Of a stretch of 64,000 nt of DNA, positions 53,500-64,000 are shown one piece after another. Each line of letters begins with the position of its first letter. Positions within the stretch are counted from its first letter, which is position 1. Position numbers and translations under genes: made by a program. This DNA comes from the human T2T-CHM13v2.0 reference genome, Homo sapiens, in the NCBI RefSeq assembly GCF_009914755.1, contig NC_060928.1; one strand, given 5' to 3'. The notes below the pieces were generated by a model. That model saw only the letters and a program-made list of their open reading frames with translations, did not search any database and was not told the origin of the DNA.

Positions 53500-56400
53500 C
53501 AACTGGGCAATTCACAGCAAAGTCACTAAAAACCATGAACAAAAAATAATTTTATTAAATACTTTGCCTTCAAATGAGTGACAACAAGAAGACTAGCAAC
53601 TGATTTCTCAAGAGACATCATAGAAGCTAGTTGACACTGAGATGACATTTTCAAATACTAAAGGAATGGCTAGTTATTGGAATCCTACAACCAAAAAAAT
53701 ATTCTTCAAAATAAAATTAAGTGTATTCATTTGCAAAAAAAGCAAAAACAAATACAGTAACCATTGGCAAATAAACAAATGGCAGGGGTGAGTAATAGGG
53801 TTGTGGAGGGCTTTTCAGGCAGAAGGAAAATAATCCCAGAAGGATGAACTGTAAGCAATAAAGTATAACAGAATACTCAATTATTTTGCTTAATGTAAAT
53901 TACTATTTACCTTTTAAATTATACCCCAATAATAATAATTTTGTGATTTGAAATATACTGTAAATTGAAATGCATTATGATATTAAATAAAAGTGAAGAA
54001 AAATAAATAAGGTTATTAATGTTTTATAGACTATGTGAGAATAGAGGTAATTATTCAAAAAAGTATCTTGTAATATCCACACAATTACTAAAGGAATAAT
54101 AAAAGTATGCATGCCTAGAAATTTGAGGGAATGGTAAAGAGAATAAAAGAAATAAAAAGCAAGAAAACAGATAGCAAGCCATGAGTTAGACAAAAGACTT
54201 ACAATAACCTAGAGCAATAATTAAATATCAAGTATAAATAAACTAAATAGTTCATGTAAGAAGCAAAAATCAGCAAACTGTATACATTAAGCAAAAGTCA
54301 AGGATACACTCTTTACAATAGGCAAAACTTAAATATGAGGACAGAAAATTTGAAAGTAAAGGTAAGCAAAAATGTGTAACATGCAAAAGGCAATCAAGAC
54401 AAAGTTATAAAAATATTTATATCTGAAAACTAGATTTAGAGGCAAGATTTATTACTCTCATTGTAGATGAATATTTTGTAAAAATACAAATTGATTTATT
54501 AACTAGAAGTTACATATAACCTAAATTTCTATACACATAAACGGATACCTTCAAAATATTTAAACACTGACATATAAAGAAGAGGTAGGCAAAACTGTAG
54601 TGCAAACTGAAATTTTAACAGAATTTTCTCAGCAATGACAAAACAAGCAAAGCTATCAGTAGAGACATAGAAATTTTGAACAGAATGATTAACCAATTTA
54701 GATGAATTGAGAGTCATACATATTTCACCCATATTCTTTATAAGCAGACACAAATCATTTTCCAAATTAAACATATATTGAGTTGCAAAGTAAGTCCCAA
54801 CAACTGTTAAGTGACTAAAAGTATTAAGAGTTTGTTCTTTGCCTACAGAAGAACTCAGCTAGAAACCAATAATAAGAAGATAGGTAGAAAAATCTCAATG
54901 CTTGAAAATAAAGCATTACACTTCTCAGTGGTCCATAATCAAAGTCAAAATAACCAAGATTTTTTTTGTACTAAATGATAATGTAAATAAATGATATCAA
55001 GACATATTCTATGAAAGGAAAGCTGTGCTTTCAAGGAAATTTATATCCATAAAAAGCTATGTTAGAAGAGTGGAGGAAATCAAGGATCTAAGTATCCATC
55101 TTAATTAACTAGAATAATAAAGGAATTAGTAAGAATGGAAATCAATGAAATAGAGGAAAAAAACAGAAAATCAATAAAGCTAGAAGTTGTTTGTTTGAAA
55201 AGATTAGGAAAAAATACCTGTCATAACTGAATAAAAAAAATTACAAACTACAAATATGAATGTAAACGAGCAGCACTTCAGGGCCTATAGCTAGTATAAA
55301 GATACCAAAGAAAAATTACTAACAACTTTAAAAACTGATTTGAAATCTTAGATGAAATGGATAAAGATTTTGAAAAGCACAACTTCATAAAACATTCAAG
55401 AATAAATAAAAAAATCTGAATTCTCCTACATGTATTTAAAAAATTAAATTTGTAACTAAAAATCCAGTCAGAAAGAAATTTGCTGGCTCAAATAATTTCC
55501 CCTGTGAATTAGTTCAAACATTGCAAAAAAGATTTCAGTAATCTTAAATATTTCCAGTTATTAGGAAAAATTGGGAAAGTCACAACTTATTTTATGAGGC
55601 CAGCAGAAGTTTAGTTTAAAAATCTGGCAAAGAAAAACATAAGAAAAAAACTTAAGGTATATCTATATGGGAAAAATAATATTTGAAGCATCCACATGAC
55701 ATGCATAAAATACCAATTTCATATTCATTGATAAAACAATGAAACAGGAGAATATCTTCCTAACTTTGGAATTATTTGAGTTCTTAACCAAGACTTCCGT
55801 GTGTTAAAGGATACACTAATAGAGTAAAAAGGCAGTCGATACATCAATGAAAAACATTGACCAGTTGCCAATGACAGAGCCATAGCCAGAACATAAAAAG
55901 AATTCAACGTATCTTAGACAAGATATGTAGACAACTTAATAAAAAAAAAGATAACTCAGTTAAAAAAAAGTGGAGAAATACCTTCAACAAGTAAAAGAGG
56001 ATGTTCAAATAGTCAACAAGCAAGTGAAATGGTATTCAACCTTATTAGTGATAAGGGAAATGGAAATTAAAACCAATGTGATACAAATACACATCAGCAT
56101 CAGCAAAATGGTTAACATAAAACATCTGGCATCACCTAGACATAGTGAGAATGTAAGCAACTAGATTCCCATACACTTCTACAGGAAGTACCAATTGGCT
56201 TAACCATTTTGAAAGAAAGAAAATATGGCAGCATTTACTGAAAGGAGATATAACCATTTTCTGTGAATCAGAAATTCTCATATTTGCATCATGGGACACA
56301 TGCAGTAGGATTTATAGCGGTGTTATCCCTGTAAGGTAGAAACTGAGAACATCTAAAAATATCCAACAGCAAGGTGGATTGATTTTAATATATTTAATAT

Positions 56401-56775
56401 ATTTAATAAAATAGAATTATACACAAGAAAACACTAATCTCTTGCAACTGCAAAAACATGTTTGAATCATAGACATAATGGTGAAAGAAAGAAGACAGAC
56501 AGACACATGAAGAAATGCAAATAGTATTATTCTGGTTTTTTTTTTTGAGTGTGTGTGTGTGTGTGTTTAAGCTCTAAAACAGGGACAATTCCTGTTTTAC
56601 AGGATTCAGGATCATAATTACCTTTAGAGTGAAATATCAGGGGGCTTCTAGGTGTTGGCACTGTTCTAATTTTTGGCATGCATAGTGGTTGCACGGTTGT
56701 GTTCATGTTTGGTACACTTAAAAATTTTGCATTTTATAGTATTCATTTTATTATATGCAGGATACATTTTAACAA
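53500..56775 (+). mobile_element. Very old L1 (L1MC/L1ME-like), internally deleted
   Basis: ORF1 end about 53.6-53.9 kb, ORF2 remnants 54.2-56.3 kb (KEDVQIVNKQVKWYSTLLVIREMEIKT), 3'UTR to about 56775. Confidence 0.75.
56549..56566. repeat. (GT)n microsatellite
   Basis: Seen directly. Confidence 0.9.
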
Positions 56776-57447
56776 AAAACACTGTAAAAATGTGAATGTA
56801 AGTGCATGTTATTCTCTTGAATGTTCTCTGGATTCCTGCTTCCTAAAACATTTGTCATTTTCAGCTTCTTTTGACCTTTTGATACCCCACTTCTCATAGT
56901 TTATAGTTTGGAGTCTTTTTCTGCCAACTTTCCAGCAGGCACTTAAATTATCTGTTCAATGGCTACTGCCAGAGAATTTCTGCTCATGATATTCCCCTGA
57001 AAACATGACTTTTTTCATTTGCTTTGAAGAACACATCTCTCATCTCATCTGCTCAAAAGCTTTTTAAAAATGCTTTTCCAAGAAATTCATGACTACTATC
57101 ATTATTTTGATGTGAAACAGCTAACATCTGTGGCTTGGGAAAAATAATGAAGCATGCTTCTGAAAGAGCTTCTTCCATGTATTATACAAGTTCTGTTATC
57201 TCAATGCTTGTACTTAGAAATAATATGTTCTAATTATTTTCTTCTGATTTATGCCAAAAAGAGAGAGAAAGAAGGAAGCATTAACCCCCCTTTTTCATAG
57301 TTCACTCTTGTTAATGATGTCAACTGAACTTCAAAAATTGGATATTGGTTTATTTGGGACTACCTATCACATTTTTTTAAGGGTTTATGAAGAATCTGAG
57401 GTTTTCTTCAGCAAAATGTGAAACTCAAATCTTCCATATATTCTTTA

Positions 57448-57480
57448 GATGGATGGATGGATGGATGGGTAGATGGATGG
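57448..57480. repeat. (GATG)n
   Basis: Seen directly. Confidence 0.85.
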
Positions 57481-57764
57481 TTGAATAAATTCATTTCTGT
57501 ACGTATTTCTTAAAGAAATATGTAGCAAAGAAAAATCATTTGAAAATGGCTTGGAATAAAATGTACAGAGACTACAGTGATAATTTAGTCTATTATCTTC
57601 TAAGGCATATTTAATAGTCATTCAGCAACTGTTTTAAACATTCCTGCTAAAAAGAATTTTTACCATTTTGGAAGTACTATTAATAATTCAGAAAATTAGT
57701 AATTATAAATTTCTTTCCTACATTGAGCCCTAAATTTCTGCCTTTTCAGTGTTAAAAGATAAGC

Positions 57765-57870
57765 TCCAAATTACAGAATTTTCCTTCATTGATGTTCACT
57801 GATATATTCCAAATACCTAGTCTTTGCCATATAATAGGTCCTAAATAAATATTTTTGAATGAATAAATGT
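57765..57870 (+). mobile_element. L2 3' end
   Basis: TGTTCACTGATATATTCC...AATAAATATTTTTGAATGAATAAATG. Confidence 0.65.
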
Positions 57871-58008
57871 ATCTTCAATAGACCTGCAAGTATTTGAGCA
57901 CAGCTCTCTGTTCTTTTTTAGTGTTTGTGTGTATTTCACTGCAAATTTTAGATTCTTCAATCTTTTCTCAGAAAACATTCTTTTCCTACCTCTCACCATC
58001 TTGTTCAC

Positions 58009-58390
58009 TGTAATAGGACATATTTATGTCAACTTGGAGGGTGTTTTTAGAAGATATTAACATTTAAATTGGTGAATTTTAAGTAAGACCATTGCCCTCC
58101 ATAATGGGGTGAGCTTTATCAATCAGTTGAAGGCCGAAGTAGAACAAAAATCTAGCCTCCCAGAGAAAGAGGAAATTCTTCATCAGACTGCATTCAGATT
58201 TCATCTGCACCATTGGCTCTCTTGATCTTGAGCCTGTTGGCCAAAACTGCAGATTCAGACTTGCCAGCCTCCATAATTGTGTGAGCCAAATCTTTACAAT
58301 AAATCTCCCTCTCCCTCTCTCTCCTGCTTCCGCTCTTTCCCCCTCCTTCCCCTTCTCCTCCCATGCTCTTTCTCTCTCTCTCTCTCTCTC
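58009..58390 (+). mobile_element. MLT2 (ERVL) LTR, 3'-truncated, ending in a CT-rich tract
   Basis: TTATGTCAACTTGG...ATCAGTTGAAGGCC...GACTTGCCAGCCTCCATAATTGTGTGAGCCAA...AATAAATCTC. Confidence 0.85.
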
Positions 58391-58419
58391 TAACAATAAC
58401 TTCAGGTTGCACATCTGCA

Positions 58420-58478
58420 GGTCTTGCGTCCATTGTTTGAATCCAGATGCAGAAGCCATGGACATGGAAGTCTGACTG
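58420..58478 (+). mobile_element. MER2-type (Tigger) terminal fragment
   Basis: TTGAATCCAGATGCAGAAGCCATGGACATGGAAGTCTGACTG followed by TA matches a CpG-decayed MER2 end. Confidence 0.65.
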
Positions 58479-60469
58479 TATATAAATATTGATCTCATCA
58501 CTTCCTATTTTTACTATCATTTACTTGTTCTTGTACAAGTTCCAAATATGTACTGAGCATTGTTTAAGGGGTTAAAGAAACAAAAGCTACCCTGATGTAC
58601 CTTACGTTCCAGAAGCTCATGTCAAGTGGCGTATCTTTTATGCCTAGGTATCAAGGTCACCACTTAGACAAATACTATTTCCCTTCTTTAATTTTACATC
58701 ATTTTCTGGTTTTATATGTCATTAAAATTCTAGGGACCTCCCTGACCTCTGAAACTCTAGAGTAAATATCTATAACCTGAGAAAATCGTCAAGTCTCTGA
58801 ATTGATTCTGCTCACTATGAGGAGGCTTAAGGTTTTCTGATCCTGCTTCCCTGTTAAGTACTGACATCTTCATAGGCCATTTCAGTTAAAAGTTTGATGT
58901 AACTCAGCACCTTCTTTCTTTTCCCAAAGTATAATAATGTAGCCAAATGTTTAATACATTAATGTTTTGAAGAATCTCGGTTTCACATATTGCAGCTTAT
59001 TGCCTTCTACTATTTCTTTCTTCTCCATATCATCCCGTCCAGATTACCAACAGAAGCTCCATTTCTAAAAATTTGTCTCCCTATCATGCACTTTGACATA
59101 TCCCCTCAAGACAATTCTTGAAATTTGCTGTACCAGGAGCTTCTTAGGAGCAAAAGATCAGGATAGCTTTCAAAAATTATCGAAGTATTTTTCCCAATAA
59201 AGACTATTTTCTCCTTTGAATAAACTCTGGTTCAAATTACATAATTTATTCAGCTCATTAAATGCATACTTATGCATTTTTTGTTTTTAAAGCTCTTACT
59301 AGGTTGAGGGCACTGTGAGTGTATAATCTATATTTTAAACTACATTGAAGCAGTAATGTTTAATAGAAGATAAGTAACACTATTATAACTGTTATAACTG
59401 AATTAATAACATTAAATTCTTAAATTTTCATTTTATTGTTTTTATGTTTACTCTATGGCATTTGATAAGGAATTTGAATATATATGCAGTTTTTAAATTT
59501 TTTTAAATTTTAAAACTTCCTTAAGAAACTATTATTTCTTCCAAAGTTCATTTGAAGTCACTCTATTTTAATTATGTGTTGGGATTTGGGGGTACTATTT
59601 GATAAATAGAGATTATTTGTATTACAGAATCTTATAAATGAATTATTTCGATTTTATTTTACTGCATAGATGGTATAAACATTATACTTTAGTTTGGTTA
59701 ATTAATCCACCATGGCATAAGCCCTATAAGCATTTTGCAGTTCAGCAAGTAGACACATCTGAAATTCAAATGGCTGTTTCTGTTTGCCAAGAACTGTATT
59801 TACTACAGTTACAAGACAATCACTTAAACTTTACCTAAATTATTTACAACTATTAATAACCCGTCTACCAAATATACTGAATAAAATGTATTCAGAGTCT
59901 TAAATATTATCATGTAAGCCACACTTTGCTTCCTGGGAGGTATGTAAGAAGGAAGGCAGAATTAAGTAAGATCAACATTATTCCTCCTCAAAAACCTCCT
60001 CAAAAAATGTGAAAAGAAAATTATTAAGAAGCTTTCCCTGTCCTGTTAAATGAAGATGCTTCATCAAATGTATGAGCCTAGAATGTCATGTCTTTTGACT
60101 GAACAGAGATCATTCTAATAAGATAGAATAGGATTGCAGAAAATAATGAGAAGCCCCTCAGTTAGGATCACGCTGGAGAAAGCTGAGACGAAATCACTTG
60201 CCAGAGGACATGTATGGGAGACTAATTTCTATGGCACCCTCATTAAGGGAATAAAACCACAAAGGAATAATATATACAGAAATATTTTAACTTTTAACGG
60301 TCTCTTGAAATCCAAATCAAAATTGTTTCAAAATTGAAATTTCAGATAGTCCAGTAAATTCACCAATAGATGAATAACTATGTTTTTATTAGCCATGTCA
60401 GAGAATATGTAGTTTTGGTTCTGAGTAGGTTCAAATACAAAGAAAGTCTTCACATCAAAGAATCCTATT

Positions 60470-61850
60470 CTATTTATTTGTTAATAAATAACCGTTGAAT
60501 AATCATTATTAGTTATTTGGTCTCCTAGACACCAGGGATACGAAGGAATATAAGCAGTGGTCACTGCAGCCAGAGACCTTGGAGTAAATTAGGAAAAAGG
60601 GGCAAAACATTACTTATGACAGCACAGCAGGGTAAGGGAGATAAGGATGCAAAGAATACAATGGGGAATAGCAGGGGAAAAAGCTATTTGATTAATTTAA
60701 TAACAATTAGTTTTTTCCAGGTGAAGAAAAAATGTCATATAGAGGAAAAGCTATATGCAAGAATAGCAAGAGGGTAAACATCGTTTTAAAGAATCATAAA
60801 CACATCAATCAACTGAGCATGTGTTACACAGGGAAAATGTGAAAGATGGATTTTGAGAAGGAATTAAAGAGGACATGAAAGATCTTTATAAGTATAGCAA
60901 GGAGCATGGATTTAATCCTGTTTGTAAAAGAAGGAGCCTTTGAAGAAATTCAGGAAGAGTGATTCATGCCAACTTTTACATTAGTAAGATCACTTGGGCC
61001 ACAGTGCAGAACATGAACTGGATGACAACAGGAACAGGGTAGTAAGGCAGCTGTTCAGAAAATCAAGTGAGAAATCACCAAAGCCTGGACTAAAGTAGTG
61101 GTAATGGGAATAGAGAGAAATATGATGATTGCTCACAGGAAAGAATTAGAATGGCAGGATTTAGTAATTATTTGGATACGTGTGGAAGGGGAGAGACAAA
61201 AGCTATGGATAACCCTAAGTTAATAGCATTGACAACCCAGTTGAGGTGTAATGCTAATGTCCAAAAGAAAGAAAAATTACAATAAGGAATATATTGGGAG
61301 AAAAACATAAGTTACTTTGGACATGCTGAGATTGAGATGCAAGTGGTAATGTTCAGTAGACAGTGGCCGTAGTTTCTGGAACTCAAAAAAAACGATGTGG
61401 ACTAGAGATAATAATTTATGAGTCCTCCATACATTGCTCATTGTTGACATCATTGAAGTTAAGTGCTTTTATTAGAGGAAGCAGGTAGAAATGAAAGCGT
61501 TTTAGAACCTTGGTGAATGCTACAATTTAAGAGATGTGAATTGGAAAAAAAATGTATAAGAGATCTAAAGAAAAATGTGGACTGAAACATAATGGTATCA
61601 CAGAATCCAAGGAAAGAAAGAGTTCAGGTCAAAACATTCAATAAAATCATGCTGCATCTCAATGAATAAGATATGGGCTAAAATGTCTCCATTGAATTTA
61701 ACCATAATCAGTTTTTGACGAGGTTCATGAACCAATTTTATTGCTGAGGAAGTATTAAAAGCCAGACTGCAATGGAATTATGAAAAATAGTGAATATTTA
61801 GAAGTAACACATATAAATTGCATTTTTTCAAAACATGTCAGGGAAAGAAA
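60470..61850 (-). mobile_element. L2, long fragment
   Basis: About 1.4 kb of antisense L2 text (GGAGCCTTTGAAGAAATTCAGG, TTTGGACATGCTGAGATTGAGATGC, AAAGCCAGACTGCAATGG). Confidence 0.75.
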
Positions 61851-61867
61851 TGCATAGGATAATAAAA

Positions 61868-64000
61868 TAGCGGTCAAAATGTGCTGAGTTACGCTGCAAT
61901 AACAAAGAACCCTGATATCACTCTGCTTAAAACAACCAAAGTGGCCGGGCGCAGTGGCTCACGCCTGTATTCCCAGCACTTTGGGAAGCTGAGGCAGGAG
62001 GATCACGAGGTCAGGAGATCGAGACCATCCTGGCTAACACGGTGAAACCCCGTCTCTACTAAAAATACAAAAAATTAGCCAGGCGAGGTGGCGGCCGCCT
62101 GTAGTCCCAGCTACGTGGGAGGCTGAGGCAGGAGAATGGCGTGAACCCCGGGGGGTGGAGCCTGCAGTGAGCCGAGATCGCGCCACTGCACTCCAGCCTG
62201 GGTGAAAGAGCAAGACTCCGCCTCAAAAAAAAAAAAAAAAAAAAAAAACCAACTAAAGTTTATTTCTTGTTTAGGTTTCATGTCCATCTCAGTTCAGCAT
62301 AGGATTCTGATCCACATAGTCCTCCCTCAGAATTGTCTTCCTCCACACCAACAGAACCTTCAAAATTTGGAAATCTATATGGAAGAAAAAAGAACATAAA
62401 AACTGTGTACTAAATATTAAAGGCTTCTGCCCAGAAGTGACAAACATCACTTCTACTCTTGTATCATGACCAAAGTTGGTCATATGTTCATGCCTGCATT
62501 TGAGGAGATGGAAGTGCAGTTTACACACTTCCGAGAAGGAAATTAAAAATTGGAACATTTATGAAAACTACAGAAACTATTGTGGTTTATTCTGGTAGGA
62601 AAAAATATTTTATTTACTCTCTTTCCTTAATTTATGAGGCCTAATCCCTTCACAAGTCCAATTTAATCATGGCATCAAAATAAATACTAGTTTTCTGGAT
62701 GAAAGATCTTTTTTCTTAAAATGGTAAATGAGAGCATTTAGATCAGCCATGGCTGTGTCTACTCTTGTTTTGGAGATCTATGAATTTACAAAGACATGTT
62801 ATCTGCCCCAGAAACATAACGCAATAAACAATGGAGGAAGAGGACTTGAATAACCACAATAAACAATAAACTACAAACTCATTTGGAAAACGGAAGAATG
62901 CAACATGCCTCAGAAATCAATTCTTCTTTGGCACTATCTTCCATAGCCACAACTGAAATGGGCATCAGAAAATATTCTCTCCTTAGATGCTGAAAATTGT
63001 TCTCAGATTACTTTCTATTCATAGATAGTTGGGGCCAAGAGTGATTGTGCATCTCAAACAGCAATAGTCATTTATAGTCCAGGCTGATTGTTCTTTTGAC
63101 AGTGTGTCCTCTTTACAAACTTAGTTGGCTTCTTATCAATTTGATTCGGTCGAATTTATGTGTTAATATTCACAAATACCTTGAGCTTATCAGACTTTGT
63201 ACGTGCACATTCTTATTCTCTGTGCCCTGAGGCGTGATTCCCATTTGAAATATTCACTGGATGTCATAATCTTCCTTAGGCTTTGTTTTTTTCATGATGT
63301 ACTTCATCCAGTCAGTAATTTGAAGTATGACTGTCAATGTCATTTCTAAAAATTTTATTTTTGTCCTGAGGCAATACAATGGATTGAAAATGGTTAGTAT
63401 TTTTTTAACCTGTAACTCTTAGTTTTTATCTACATTTCATTTTTTTTTGAAGTCTCTCAATATTTTCCCCTACTGTTTAGTATCTCAAAACAGTTGTCTT
63501 TTTAACATTGCAAAGCTCCACATTTCTGGATATGGTTTATTTCTTTTTATTTGTGCTTTAAAACTGGCCAATGTATTTTGAGGTCCTACTCTTTTTGTAA
63601 TACTTTGCTAAATGTAGTGAAAAGTAACCAACACAGTCTATTTCCTTCTGCTTTCAACCATTTACTTTAGCACTACACGTCCATTAGATATATGGTCTGC
63701 CTTCCGAGTTACAACTAGCAATGTTTTATCAAAAGTTTTGCCACTATGTAATGTGGAGCGTATCTTTTCAGTCTTAAATTAACAGCTTTCTCTTTGCTGA
63801 CCATATGGATAATGAGAGAGTATATGGTATGTTAGAGTTTTATTATTTAGCACCCAAATGCTAAAACTTCACTTTTATATTAAACAGGATGAAAGAAGTT
63901 AGAGTCTGTAAAAGCAAACCCAAAACTTCAGAGCTTAAAAATAAAGATTTATTTTCCATTCACATCACTTTATTTTCATCTCAAGTCAGCAGGGACGTCT
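61868..64000 (-). mobile_element. Ancient MLT1J-like MaLR provirus: LTR (split by Alu), internal region, second LTR running off the window
   Basis: LTR about 61868-62585 (GTTACGCTGCAATAACAAA, CTTCTGCCCAGAAGTGACAAACATCACTTC), MLT-int-like 62586-63875, second LTR from about 63876 with the same opening layout. Confidence 0.7.
61943..62248 (+). mobile_element. AluY, AluYe-lineage
   Basis: AluY backbone plus GGCGAGGTGGCGG and GAACCCCGGGGGGTGGAGCCTGCAG; 24-nt pure A tail; TSD AAAACAACCAAAGT (61929) and AAACCAACTAAAGT (62246). Confidence 0.95.

Noticed and set aside
58079-58520. ORFs with ER-rich charged runs
   Set aside because: Translation of the CT tract in an MLT2 LTR.

Overview
AT-rich, CpG-depleted primate genomic DNA (hominoid-like: AluJ, AluS, AluY and an AluYe-type copy, L1PA, THE1), most likely intergenic or deep intronic. 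I find no supportable host protein-coding gene, RNA gene, CpG island or CRISPR array. The ORF-track entries I can recognise are decayed transposon frames (Tigger2 transposase, L1 ORF1/ORF2, THE1 internal, Alu); the rest look like chance ORFs. Main elements: a near full-length Tigger2, three large old L1 remnants, a THE1 provirus nested in one of them, a 5'-inverted L1PA with a perfect 15-bp TSD, an ancient MLT1J-type provirus with its internal region, seven Alus and many MIR/L2/MER relics. The most unusual structures are an unexplained ungapped 97-bp direct repeat pair 961 bp apart, a 30-bp minisatellite born from L1 ORF2, an L1 inversion missing about 2 kb, and a deletion-plus-duplication scar in L1 ORF1. 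I did not find a convincing new biological system. Subfamily names come from recalled consensus sequences and need RepeatMasker/Dfam confirmation; boundaries of old repeats are approximate.
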